Virus record (IMG/VR): IMGVR_UViG_3300032242_000488
Span: 1 to 64,000 of that record
Length of the DNA: 64,000 nucleotides
Origin: a virus
Direction: 5' to 3' (one strand)
The translations under genes were made by a program, and so were the position numbers. Below are positions 44,482 through 57,300 of this stretch, piece after piece. Numbering within the stretch: the stretch's first letter is position 1; each line of letters starts with the position of its first letter. The notes below the pieces were generated by a model. The model was not told where the DNA came from. It saw only the letters and a program-made list of their open reading frames with translations, and searched no databases.

Positions 44482-46005
44482 ATGAGCCAATTGCTTTCCA
44501 TTGTTGATGATAAAATTGTTATTGAAAAACTAAGTCTAAAATATCTAGACGGCAACACCATGCACGTCGGAAACATGGATATCAAAGGCGGATTAAAAGT
44601 TGTTCAAAGTGTATCTTTTGACACTGATCTAAGAGTACGCGGCACACTAGATGTAGATACAATCAATGTTAAAAATCTCAACAGAGGAGATGCTAGTCAA
44701 TTAGATGCATTTACATTTAGTGCAGAAGCAGAGTCAGGGCTAGACGGTCGAGGCGTAGTTTGGGGAGTCGGCGATAATCATTATCAATTGGTTTTTAAAG
44801 CAGAGCCTCGAAGAATTTATTCAAGTGAGTCATTTGATATTGATAAAAATGCTCGATATCAGATTGACGGTATTGATGTATTGTTAAAAGACAGCTTGGG
44901 TAGTTCAATTAAACGATCAAAGCTAACTGAAGTTGGCACCCTTACAGGCTTAGAAGTAGACGGTAATACCAATCTAGGCAATGTGGTTATAGTAAACAGT
45001 TACCTTAATCGTGTAGGTGTTAACACTGAGATTCCAAATGCCGCGTTCAGCGTTATGGAAAATGGCATTGAGATTGTTGTTGGTACTGAGGACAATCGTG
45101 CTATCATTGGAACTTGGGGTAATCAAACATTAGATATTGTCACTGATAATACTTCTAGAATTAATATCCAAGGCAATACGGTAACATTTGGCAGCGAAGC
45201 TAGCAAAAACGCACAGGTTAAGATCAACGGAACACTGACTGTAGACAGTATCATTAGTGATGTGCGAGTTGAAAGAACTGCTCCTATTGAATTTTTAGAA
45301 GACAATAATAATAGTGTTTATAGCAAGGGATTAATTTGGAAAACCAAAGGAGCAGTGGCTAGACAGTTTTTCTTAATGCCAAATCCTGATAGATTCTACA
45401 GTACAGAATCAATCGACCTTGCTAGCGGAAACTATTTTAGTATTGGTAAGAATTTAGTTATTAGTGAAACAGCCATAGGAGAAGGTGTTAAAAACAGTAG
45501 TTTAGAAACACTAGGCACACTATCAAGTCTAACAGTTGGTGGTGATGTCAATCTAAGCGATGCTATAAAAGTTATTAGCTCAGAAGCCATTGCCAATAGA
45601 TCATTTACTGTGGCATCAGGGGAAGTAACTCTTAGATTAAATGCCGACAGTATCAATGCTAGCGATAGCATTAGAGTGTTTGTCAAAGACACACAAGAAT
45701 TAGCAGTTACCAATACAGGTATAACTATCGGTAACAAAAACAATACTTCTAGAACCATAAACGCATATGGTAAACTAGCAGTAAATATTACTCATCCAGA
45801 CCCAGATGCGGCATTTAGCGTTGAAGGTCCGGTAGTAATGAACGGCAAAAAGTTTGTAACCACAGATGCTATGCCAACCTCAGGCGAATGGTCAGTGGGT
45901 GACATTGCTTGGAACTCTACTCCACAAACAGCCAGCTACATCGGTTGGGTATGTGTGGCTAGCGGCAATCCTGGTATTTGGAAACCTTTTGGACAGATTG
46001 CCTAA
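44482..46005 (+). CDS. putative virion structural protein
   Basis: SxLxxxGTLxxLxV repeats; C-terminal GWVCVASGNPGIWKPFG; TAAATA upstream. Confidence 0.65.
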   Translation: MSQLLSIVDDKIVIEKLSLKYLDGNTMHVGNMDIKGGLKVVQSVSFDTDLRVRGTLDVDTINVKNLNRGDASQLDAFTFSAEAESGLDGRGVVWGVGDNHYQLVFKAEPRRIYSSESFDIDKNARYQIDGIDVLLKDSLGSSIKRSKLTEVGTLTGLEVDGNTNLGNVVIVNSYLNRVGVNTEIPNAAFSVMENGIEIVVGTEDNRAIIGTWGNQTLDIVTDNTSRINIQGNTVTFGSEASKNAQVKINGTLTVDSIISDVRVERTAPIEFLEDNNNSVYSKGLIWKTKGAVARQFFLMPNPDRFYSTESIDLASGNYFSIGKNLVISETAIGEGVKNSSLETLGTLSSLTVGGDVNLSDAIKVISSEAIANRSFTVASGEVTLRLNADSINASDSIRVFVKDTQELAVTNTGITIGNKNNTSRTINAYGKLAVNITHPDPDAAFSVEGPVVMNGKKFVTTDAMPTSGEWSVGDIAWNSTPQTASYIGWVCVASGNPGIWKPFGQIA

Positions 46006-46058
46006 CCACAATCGTTGACTTTGTCTAATAAAAGTGTATAATTATTAGACACACACAA

Positions 46059-46098
46059 AGAGGACTCTATGGCATCATCCCTCTATAAACACTCTGCA
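46059..46098 (+). promoter_or_regulatory. candidate preQ1-I-like riboswitch
   Basis: AGAGG/CCTCT P1 stem followed by ATAAA tail, possible GCA/TGC pseudoknot; in 5' leader of queD. Confidence 0.5.
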
Positions 46099-46135
46099 GT
46101 CATCAAACTTGCTACCTTAATAAAGGAGACTAGAG

Positions 46136-46651
46136 ATGGCAAAATTTTATTCAACAAAAACTTACGGCAACGATAGGGGTCTATCATGCTGTTTTAGACA
46201 GTGGAGAGCGACCCATAGTCACTGCTCAACACTTCACGGATACTCAATCGGTATTAAACTAATATTTGAATGCGATACACTAGATGACAAAAACTGGTGT
46301 ATGGACTTTGGTGGTCTTAAAGAATTCAAAGCATGGGCAGACTACATGTTTGATCACACTTTGGTAATTGCAGAAGATGATCCTCATCTAGAATTTTTCA
46401 ATGATATGAAAAACATATTCAGCAAAGATTCTGCCGATCCTACAAGCGATGTTCCTTATAAACGAGGAGCTATTTGCGATCTACGTATTGTAGAAGGTGT
46501 AGGCTGTGAAATGTTTGCCAAAATGGCCTACGACAAAATGGCTGAACTACTAGCGTCTGGAGACATGCGCTATCCAATCAATCCAACTGTAAGGGTTAAA
46601 TCTGTGGAAGTATTTGAACACGGTGCTAACTCAGCTACATACGAAGGTTAA
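46136..46651 (+). CDS. queD: 6-carboxy-5,6,7,8-tetrahydropterin synthase (QueD/PTPS family)
   Basis: HCSTLHGY, DFGGLK, FDH, GCE, VFE motifs. Confidence 0.8.
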   Translation: MAKFYSTKTYGNDRGLSCCFRQWRATHSHCSTLHGYSIGIKLIFECDTLDDKNWCMDFGGLKEFKAWADYMFDHTLVIAEDDPHLEFFNDMKNIFSKDSADPTSDVPYKRGAICDLRIVEGVGCEMFAKMAYDKMAELLASGDMRYPINPTVRVKSVEVFEHGANSATYEG

Positions 46652-46720
46652 CTCTTTCGGGCTTGACTTATATAGACATACATGCTATAATGCTGTATGT
46701 CTATTTTTTGATTGGTTACT

Positions 46721-47749
46721 ATGATTAAGCGTATTGGATTTGCTTGTAAATGGATTGACGGTCCTAGCCAAATTAATGGCATTAAACAAACGGACACGGC
46801 TAAACAATACAACACAGGTACCACAACAGTAGCATGGCTTAAACGTCAAACACGTGATGTAGCAGAACAGAAATTATGGGACTTAATGGTAAGTAACATT
46901 GAAGCTACACAAAAACTCGTAGATCGAGTAGGAGAGTTAAATGAAAATCTTAGGATGGTTCGGCTTAGCAGTGATATTCTTCCTGTATACACTCAACCCG
47001 ACTTTAGCTACTTCTGGCGAAGAGCCGATGTTATTGACTATCTCGAGCGCAATTTTATCCTTGTTGGCGATAGTGCTCGTGCAAGCAATACCCGTCTTAG
47101 TATGCATCCTGGTCAGTTTACTGTGCTTGCTAGCATTGATCCGGGCATTGTCCAACGATCAATAGAGGAATTTGAATATCATGCTGATATGGCAAAATGG
47201 ATGGGTTATGGCCGCACCTTTCAGGACTTTAAGATCAACGTCCACATATCGGGTAGAGCCGGTCCCGAAGGTATTAGAAATGCCTACAAAAGACTTACCC
47301 CCGAAGCCAGGAATTGTATTACAATTGAAAACGAAGAAAACTCATGGGGGTTAGATGATTGCACTAGTCTTGGAGACATATTGCCTATTGTGCTTGATAT
47401 ACATCATCACTGGATTCGCGAAGGAGAGTACTTACTTCTCACCGATGATCGTGTTAGCAAGGTGCTTGATAGTTGGCGTGGTCTCCGCCCTACTATGCAT
47501 TATAGTCTTAGTCGTGAAGACGTTATTGTGGGGCATTCAACTACCAGTAGGCCAGACATGGCAACACTACTTCTAGAAGGCTACAAAAAACAAAAGCTCA
47601 GAGCACACTCTAACTTCTACTGGAATATTCCAGCAAACGAATGGGCATTGAGCTTTTTAGATCGCTTTGACATCATGTGTGAATCTAAAGCGAAAAACCT
47701 AGCAAGTGCTAGGCTATTCGATCAAGCTAAAGAACTAAGTCTTATTTAG
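46721..47749 (+). CDS. uvsE: UV-damage endonuclease
   Basis: RIGFAC, RLSSD, RLSMHPGQF, IENEE, DIHHH, HYS, RAHS, MCESKAK. Confidence 0.9.
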   Translation: MIKRIGFACKWIDGPSQINGIKQTDTAKQYNTGTTTVAWLKRQTRDVAEQKLWDLMVSNIEATQKLVDRVGELNENLRMVRLSSDILPVYTQPDFSYFWRRADVIDYLERNFILVGDSARASNTRLSMHPGQFTVLASIDPGIVQRSIEEFEYHADMAKWMGYGRTFQDFKINVHISGRAGPEGIRNAYKRLTPEARNCITIENEENSWGLDDCTSLGDILPIVLDIHHHWIREGEYLLLTDDRVSKVLDSWRGLRPTMHYSLSREDVIVGHSTTSRPDMATLLLEGYKKQKLRAHSNFYWNIPANEWALSFLDRFDIMCESKAKNLASARLFDQAKELSLI

Positions 47750-47996
47750 GTGCTTTTGGAGCACGTGGCTTTTTAGCCGCAGAAGCCTTTTTAGCAGCCG
47801 GTGCTTTCTTAGCGGCCGGCTTTTTCTTGGCTGGTGCTTCAGCTACTACCGGGATTGCTTCTGCTATAGGAGCAACTTCCACTGTTGGTGCCACTTCAAC
47901 TACTGGTGCTACTTCAACTTTATACTCAGCTACTGGAGCTGGTGTCTCTACAACTGCTGGTTTGCCTGTAAAGAACTCTTTGATTGCTTTGAACAT
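47742..47996 (-). CDS. Ala/Lys/Pro-rich small protein
   Basis: VEVAP and AAKK repeats; AGGAGG RBS and TATAAATA upstream on minus strand. Confidence 0.7.
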   Translation of the reverse strand: MFKAIKEFFTGKPAVVETPAPVAEYKVEVAPVVEVAPTVEVAPIAEAIPVVAEAPAKKKPAAKKAPAAKKASAAKKPRAPKAPK

Positions 47997-48022
47997 TTTA
48001 ATGTCCTCCTTTGTTAGTTTAT

Positions 48023-48310
48023 TTATAATCTGCTAATATCATCTAGACTGCTAACGGGCGTGTCCCATATGTGTTTGCGTTCTACGCCACGTTTTTGGGC
48101 AAAGCGTTTGCTGTCACAGTTTTTACACACATGAAAATAGTTGTTGCTAAGTCTAGCGGGATCCATTGATCCTTTTAGTCTAGTAAAAACTTCTTTGCAG
48201 TTATCACAACGCAACACTACAATTGATCTCTTACGAACATACTCATGCTTATGCCCTAGTTTACTAGTTCTTTCATGAGTGGTTTTTTCTACATCTATTT
48301 TGATGAACAT
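48023..48310 (-). CDS. small Zn-finger protein
   Basis: CDNC...CKNC; TAAATA at 48316-48321 on minus strand. Confidence 0.6.
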   Translation of the reverse strand: MFIKIDVEKTTHERTSKLGHKHEYVRKRSIVVLRCDNCKEVFTRLKGSMDPARLSNNYFHVCKNCDSKRFAQKRGVERKHIWDTPVSSLDDISRL

Positions 48311-48379
48311 ATAGCTATTTACATTAAGGTTATAAAACGGAAAGATAAATATCATATACAAGACTTATTGGAGCATTCA

Positions 48380-51300
48380 ATGGCACGTAAAATAGTAGAC
48401 ATCGGCGTAGAAGGTAATGACGGTACTGGTGACAGTATTCGCGAAGGTTTTAGAAAAGTTAATGAAAACTTTAAAGAAATCTATGCTGTATTTGGACAAG
48501 AAGGCACTCTAGCATTTTTAAATCTAGGTGATGTAGAAGCTGGACAGCTCAAGAATTACTCTGCTATAGCTAATCAACTGCCAATTGTCAACAGTCAGGG
48601 TAGCGGAATCAAATTTAAGCCTATGGTTGGTGCTAACGGTTTAACAATTGCCTATCCAGATGATCCTGCTGATCCTAACTATAATAAGATTGTTTTAACA
48701 CAACAGCGTTCTACTTCAGAATTAGGCTCTGCAGATATCCCTGGAAAATTTGGTAATGTTGTAGATGGTCAAGGATTTTTGCTTGGAAACATTGCAGATC
48801 CTACGCAAGCCAACGTACTAAATTGGAACAGCGGGTTTGGCCGTTCTGGACAAACTGTTATTGGTGCTGAGAAATTCCCTGTTCCTTTAGGCTTTGCTGA
48901 TAATCGATATATTAACAAAGGTACAGTAGCAGGCGAGCAAGCTGATGCAATGGTTGGCTATTTGTCCGTACCGGCAGGTGCTTCTGGCGATCAAGTGGCG
49001 CAGGCTGCTGAAACTGTATTAAAAGCCGGTGCAACAATGACCGGCAAACTATTCCTAAGCGATCACCCGGGTGATCTAGCAGGTGCCGGAAATCCGTTAG
49101 GTGTTGATGACAAGCAAGCGGCTACAAAATATTATGTAGATACAACTGCATACTCAAGTAAAGTTAACTTGTATGTTAGCAGTAACGGCGATGATTCACA
49201 GGTCAAGACTCCTCCAGGAAAAGAAGGAAGAGCATTTGCCTATGCCTTCCAATCTCTAGTAGCGGCTTGTTTAAAAGCTGAACAGCTGATTGACGACAGT
49301 CCATGGGAAACTGGACCCTATCGACAATTAATTGCCTACGGAGGCGGAAAATACTATTCTGAGATCGTCAGCGGTGGTATTATTATTGGCGGTGGATTGA
49401 ACGGAACTACTCGTATTAAATTTAATAACGATAGCGGTAGCCCTGTTGATCAAGGTGTTGCAAACAACAAAGATATTATTCCAGGAAAAATAGTTGTAGG
49501 CCGCAATAGTGGCGCTAGAGGATTTATTGTCAAGTATGGAACAATTGATAATACAGACTATGTTGACCTAAGAGATGTTACAGGATCATTTGAAACAGGT
49601 GAAAACTTGTTCTTTGATCAAGCTGTTAAACGTTTAGAAATTTCTATCTTCATCGAGTCCGGAACTTACTACGAAGATTATCCGATCCGTATTCCACGTA
49701 ATTGTTCTATTCTAGGTGATGAATTCCGCCGTACAGTTATCCGTCCTGCAGACCGTGTGAGTAAGAGCCCATGGGCAGGTACTTGGTTCTATCGTGACTT
49801 AGAATTTGATAACCTAAAAATTGCTGAAACAAACTGGGGTTATCATTATCTAACTGACCCAACAAACAAAGCATCGACCCCAAAAAATAACAAAGACATT
49901 GACGTATTTTTATGTAATGACGCTACTATTATTCGTCAAATCAGCGCACAGGGACATGGCGGTTTCATGATGGTGCTTGACCCTAATGGTCAAATTTTAA
50001 CCAAATCCCCTTACTGTCAACAGTCAGGTTGTTTCTCTGGGTCATTAAACAAACAAGCATTCCGAGGTGGACAATACGTTGACGGCCAAGCTGGCAGTAT
50101 GCCTGTAACCACAGTTAGTGCTAATTTTAATCAAACTGAGATTACCGTAACTGATGCGTTCCGTGTGCCACAAACACCTACTGCATTCTTTGTTAAAGGT
50201 AAGAGATACAAAGTTGATACTTTTACTGATAACGGATTAGGCTATAGAGGGGCTAGAGAACTATTATTATTAAACAAAGAATTTATTGTTGCTGAAACCA
50301 TTGCCTATGTCAATGATGTTGTAACACCAACATTTGTATATGACGCAATTCAGTTTAGTATTGATGTTGGTAAAATTGTTAATGCCGTTGCCTGGGATAT
50401 TGTACTTGACAGTAATATTCAATCTATTTTATTTGCCGAATCTTATGTTACTCTACCGTCACAAAAATCTGCAATATTAGTTGCACTCAATTATGTAAAA
50501 GATTCCTTATCATCGTTATTATCATCTAATGCAACTGCGGCTGCTCGAGCCCGTGCTAAGATGGATATTATCATCCAAATAATTACATACGGAGTTGAAG
50601 ATCGAACTATTCTTGATGCAAGCTCTTGGAGTTACGACGGCACTACAATCAGTGTCACTAAGAGTTCAGGTCACGGTCTAGGAGCAGGATGGTCAGTAAA
50701 GATTGTAGATGCTACTGCATCTACCAATGCACCGAATGGTGTATTTAATGTTGCTTCCGTTGTAAACGATAACACGTTTACCTATGTAGTTACAAATGCA
50801 CCAACTGGCACTGCTGGTGGTACTCTTAGATTTACTAGCTCGCCTATTCCAATTAGATCAATTCCAAATCCGCCAGTGGATCCGCAAGCACTACCAGCAA
50901 CCACTGCCGGTATTCAAAATAGTCTTGCATTACTAATTGCCAATAGAGAATTAATCAAAGCTGAATATATTGCCTATATTCAAACATACTACTCAGATTT
51001 CTTATTTGGTACTAGAGGTGTTGTTGGCTATATTAGAGATGCTGACAGAATTGTCAATGCCGTCATCTATGATACCATCTACGGTGGTACAAGCCAAACT
51101 GTGCTAGTTGCTCGAGGTTTCTTTGATAGTGAAGGCAAATCAACCATATCAACCGAAGTTACACAGATATACAACGGATTAGAATGGATTAGAGATGTTG
51201 CTGGCCAAGTGGTTACTGATACGCAAATTACCAATCTGTTGCAAGTGTCTGTAAAACAAGTTAGAGGAACAGCTGGTACTAGTGCAATAGCCACCTCAGT

Positions 51301-54300
51301 ACAAGATAATTTTAATTATATTATCACCGCTATTCGATTCGGTCAGGACACACTACCCGCTGTTGCTTACCCCGGTATCGAAAACGTAGCAACTACCCTC
51401 CAATCGGCTAAGAGTCTAATAGACATAAATGTAAACACTATTCGCTCAAATACTATTGCGTTTATTAACAGCAAATATCTTTATAATATATATGCGGCAC
51501 AAAGAGATATTAGATTCTTAATCGACGATCTTGCACATGATATTGTCTACACCGGCAATCTCAACATGGTCGAGCACGGTCTAGGATATTTTGTAGGAGA
51601 TGCAAAATTAGTAAGTGATGCTGAACGTCCAAGAACATTGGCTATTCTAGATTACCTAAAGCAATTGGCATTATATGTTGTTGACAACAAAGATATACCA
51701 AGTCCACAATTAGTTAATGTTGGCGCTTTGGTTATTGGACAAACTTACAAAATTAATACTGTTGGCTCAACAGTCTGGACAGCGTTGGGATCAGTTGATA
51801 GTGTTCATAACACTGTCTTTACTGCAACTGCTACCGGTCTAGTCACTGCTGGACACTTTGTAGTAGGTCGTGCGTATACTATTGTATCAAGAGGTAATCC
51901 AAATAATCTAACCAACTTTATCAACATTGGATCTCCAAGCAATTCTGTTGGGACTGCATTTATTGCCACAGGTGTTGGTACAGGAACTGGTACTGCTATT
52001 CAAGGTACTGGTAATGCTAGACTAGCCAGCGGCAGTGATTTCTACAGAAGACAGTTTGCCATCAGCCAAACAATTCAGTTAGTATCAAGCGGAGCAGGGC
52101 CTGCTACTATTGTGCCAAGTTTAACTTGGGTCAATACTAATTTAGTTAATGCTTTCCAAAGATTAGAAACTGACAAGACTGCAATCGAGGCAGCTATTGT
52201 TACATGGATCAATAACAACATTGCCGGAAATACAAATAACCCCGGAAGTATCTGGTACGGATTTAGTTACAACAGCGGAGAATTTAGTAAAACTGTAGGT
52301 GCAATAATTGATGTTGTTGGTTACGATATGATGTTTAACAGCAACTTTAGAAGTAGCAGATTTGGTATAGACTACTATACCGCTAATCTATCTAGTCTGT
52401 CTACATCTATTGCGGCTTTTGGTTACTTGAAAAATTATCTATTATCAACAGTTACATCAGCTAGCTATGGCGACACAGCCAATACTAGAGTTGGTGATAA
52501 GATGGATATTATTTTATCAATCCTTGCCACCGGATCTGGTGCAGTACCTGCATATCTATTGCCAAGTCCAACAGGTTTTGATATAGATTACAGCAATGCA
52601 AAACGATTAATCAGCGATAATAAGGCATTTATAGTTGACGAAATAACTACATGGATAGCCGCACAAATTGCAGGTAACATTACTCCGTTTACTACTCAGT
52701 TCCAATATGATGCAACAGCGTTTTCAAATGGTGTGTCCCGTGTTATAGATGCTATTCTTTATGACTTAACCTATGGTGGAAATTTAGAAACCATAGTTGC
52801 TGCCAATGCAAACTTTGTGATCACTGATACTGCATTAGGTACAGGACAAAAAGATAAAAGCATTGCTGCCTATGCACGATTAGAAGAAGTCATCGGTAAG
52901 GTAGCACAAGCAGTTACAGTGTTAGATAAACATACTGCCATTTTACAAACCACAGCAGTATCCGGAGGCGGACTAACTACTTCAGTTGCATTTGCACAAG
53001 CTCGTGTAGAAGATATAATTAAACAACTTAATATTACAAAAGTTGACAGCAAACCACAATTAGAGTCATTAGTTAATACCACTAGAACAATGGTTGCAAA
53101 TACCGAGCCGTCAACTTATATTGCGGCTAAAGATCTATTAGTTGCTAACCGTTCATTTATACAAGCTGAAGTTTATAACTACTTAAAATACACTTACACA
53201 TTCCCTATCACTCAGACAACTAACAATCAGTTAGTAACTGCTAGTACTGCTAAGATGAGAGTTGGTATGCCGGTTCAATTCCTTGGCACTGACCCATTCC
53301 AAGTGACTATCTTAACAGCATCAACTCCACTACTAGTAGATGGAAAGTATGTGGTTACTTTTGAATTTGCAAGACAACGAGTTAGACCTGATTCAACAAA
53401 AGATTATGAAATACAAGGAAATGCAAACGGACTATATAACCTAATTGTACCAGTTGCTATTGTTCCTGACCAAGCAACAACTGATACTACAACTACTAGT
53501 ATCACCGTAGTATATCCGTTTAATCCTGGAGTATTTGATTACGCTAATCAAACAACTATTCGTGTATCGGGTGGTACATTTGGCGGTGTTAATCGCGATG
53601 CCAAGTACTACGTTAAAGAAATTAAGAGTCTAACTAACTTTACAATTTCAGAAACAATTAATGGATCAACTCCTGGCGCACTATTTTCATTAGACAGTGA
53701 TACAGGATCAATGTATTGCAGATTTGCATTTGACGAAGCTACTTGTAGAAGAGACACAGGATTCTTAGTCAGTAACATTTCTACTGATATACTCTACGGT
53801 GGTCGATACAATACTATTAAAGCAGGTAAGAGATTCTTAGCCGCAAGTTCTGTGCTAGTTGTAACAGAACAAAGTGTCGAGTGCCGAGCTGGTATTAGTT
53901 ATATAGATACTCTAGCACAGACAATTATTAATAATCAAGCTCCGTTGGTAAACTATCAATCATTGAATAATGTTGCCCTAATAGAAACAGTCACTCAAAC
54001 TATTGATACTACTAAGGTAGGAGGCAGTGCGGCAGGCACTACAATTACCGGACTAGTTGCACTAGTTAATAACATTATTTTAAACGGTAAGACATGGACT
54101 AACGATACTAATAATATCCCAGATGCTGTTGTATATCCAAAATATGTTTTACAACTAAATGAAGAAACTCCGTATAGCACAACAATATCAGGAGCACTCC
54201 CCGATGAGATTGTCATGCAGGCAGCTGGTAATACCAGTATGTTGTCAAATGACTGGACACAATTAAACGACCTAGCCTACGGACTAGTTGCTACAAACAA

Positions 54301-57300
54301 CGGATTAATTGAAACAGTTTCTGTGTTCACTTACTACTGCTGGACAGCATACTATTCACGCAACGGTGGACAGATTCGTTCAGTTGCAGGTTCTAATGCC
54401 AACGGAGAATATGGTCTTGTTGCAGAAGGTAGCGATCCGTTTGAAGTTCCAGACTCTGTTAATCTATCTAATGATATGCCGCAGGTGGCAAGAGTTTACA
54501 AAGCAGGACCATTCTCAGCAGAGATGGCCAAAACAAAGACCACTGTTTATATTGACACATACAATTACTTGCCTTACAACGTAAGTGAAATTGAAATTAA
54601 TCATGGTTACACTATTGTTGACGGTGCAGTTACTGGTATTGGTATTACTAGATACGAAGTTGCTGGCGTGGTTGATGCTTCAGGTACCTACTTCTCAACA
54701 GCGCAACCAACAGCCGGTACTCCAACATACAACAGCGGAACTGGCAAATACAGAGTTCAATTTACGTTCCCTGCAAAAACTTATATTCCAGATACAGGTA
54801 GATACTATACTATTACCGGTAATGCTAATACAGCATATAACAATAATTTAACTGGTTGGTTATGCGTAGCGTCTGATACAAGTCATATTACTTTAGAATT
54901 TACCAGTGTTAATCCTGGAACATTTAGTACTGTAACAGCCACTACACTTAAACTAAAGAAAGGTACAATCCTTAGATTAAATCTAAACACTAGCGGAAGT
55001 AATAGTACCATTGCTAGTGGTTTGCAAGCTGACCTTGCTGACAATCAATTGGTTGTTATTAGACCAAATCAAAACTTTAAGTTCTATAATGTTGACAACA
55101 TTAGCCCAACACGACCAAGTACTGCATTAACATTTAGAGGTGATCCTTTAGATAATGCCAGTGCTCCTGTATATCGTGTACTAGCATTTGGTACTAAAGA
55201 TCCGTTAAGCGATGCAATGACGTTGACCTTTAATACAATTTATAATGCATCAAGTGCTAGTAATGTTATTACTGTACCGTCAACTGTGCCTTTACGTGCA
55301 GGTATGACATTGTCAATAGTTAGCGGAACTGGTAGCTTGTCTGATACTGCAACTGTTTTAGCCATCACTAGTGACACTACATTTACAGTCAGCCCACCTC
55401 CTGCGGTAGCTCTAGTGAACGCAACTTTACAAGCAGAGTCGCCAACACTTAACGATGTTATTCTAACATTTGACTCTGGTTATAGCTATATTGGTCTAGT
55501 CATTGATCAGGATCATAATACATTAACAGAGGCAGCGGCAGGTATAGACGGTGGAAGCACTACTCGAACACTAGGTTCACAGATCGGTGACCAATGGCTT
55601 GCTATTAGAAAAATTAATAGTGCCGGAGAATTACAACGTATATTAACTGGCCAAATGTGTTTTGGTTGGAATGGGCGTGTTCACAGAATTTCCAATTATC
55701 TAACCAGAACTATTAGTAGTACTGAAGGTTACGGCATTATACAAATTAACGAAGTCACTGATGATGCTAGTAGAGGTTACCAAGATATTAGCGGATACGG
55801 ATATACAGGTATCACTGCTCCAACACGACCAGGTGAAGGTTATAATGTTACAACGGCCACATATGATTCCGATGCTCAACTAATAACTTATACAATTAGT
55901 GGTTTAGAAACTGCTCCAAACACAGCTAGATTTACAGGTGCTATTTCTGCTATTTCTCCGATTGGAGCAACTGGTGGGACATTAACTGTTAGTAGTATTA
56001 GTTCTGGAACCATGTTAATAGGATCTACTATTACTGGTATTACTGGTACTAGTGTAACTGCTGGAACTAGAATAACTGCGCAGGTAACATGTTCTGCGGC
56101 ATCAATATATAATTCTAGTGCAACAGGAACTAGCGGATCATATACGCTAACATTAAGTGCAGGATCAGTTAACATTCTAAATGGACAATTTGTTTCTGGT
56201 AATGCGGCAATTATCGACGGCTTACCTGCTAATACATATGTGACAAATGTTAGCGGTAATACAGTTACATTAAGCAACGCATTGACTAAAAATTTCTCTG
56301 CTACTGTTTACTTCTATACTGCTGGCTTAGCTGGTATATATGCTGTTGATAAGTCGCAAACAGTATCAAGTCAAGCAATGGGTGTTCACTACACTGTCTA
56401 CGGTAACAGTAACGCTAGTTATGATATCGCTGGACCGATACTAACTTCAACTTATCAGTCATTGACTATTGCGGCTGCTAAGGCTACCGTTGTTGGAACA
56501 GTTTCAGGATTATACTTAACTGTTAACTATGTAAGTGGTAATACCATACAGCTTGGTCAAAGCGTTAGTGGTACTGGATTAAATGCAGGAACATATATTG
56601 TATCACAAAGTTCTGGAACTGCGGGCGGTGCAGGAGTGTATCTATTAAACACAGTTGCTAATATTGTAACACCGACATTTACTGGAGCTATCAATAACTT
56701 GAGCAGTGGTGCTGGTAATGTTCTAACTGTTAGCGCAGTGGCCAGCGGTACTATCTTAGTTGGTGCTGACATTCAGAAAACTGCAGGTAGTGGTGTGACC
56801 GCTGGCACTACTATTACAGGACAGCTTACTGGTGTAACTGCATTTACAACTACTGCTACAGGTACACAAGGTACATTTATATTAACAGTTGCGTCAGTTG
56901 GTACTGCACCTGCAGGAGTTATCAAAGGACAGCTAGTTACTGGTAGTGGCATTCCAAATGACACATACGTTAGCGATATTAACTTAACAGGTATTACCCT
57001 AACTAGAGCACTAACCGGTAATGCTACTGGAGGTACTTACACATTTGCAACAGCTGGATCAACCGGTACATACTCTGTAGATACTAGCCAATTGGCCACA
57101 TCGGGCGAAATGAAGGCTGTGTTTATAGCGATACCTGGGGCATTTGGTTCAACTAGTGCTACACGTATTTTCCCAACAGAGAAATTATATAATCCTTCAC
57201 TAGTACAAGATAACACAATTACTATCCGTACTGGTCTAAGTGCAGGTGAACCGGCAGACATTATTGTTAACATTAGTACTTGCCGTGTTACTGGCCACGA

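Noticed and set aside
48275-48379. ORF-track start at 48275 for the 4736-aa protein
   Set aside because: Overlaps a divergent gene; ATG 48380 has an RBS, an upstream TAAATA and the conserved N-terminal motif
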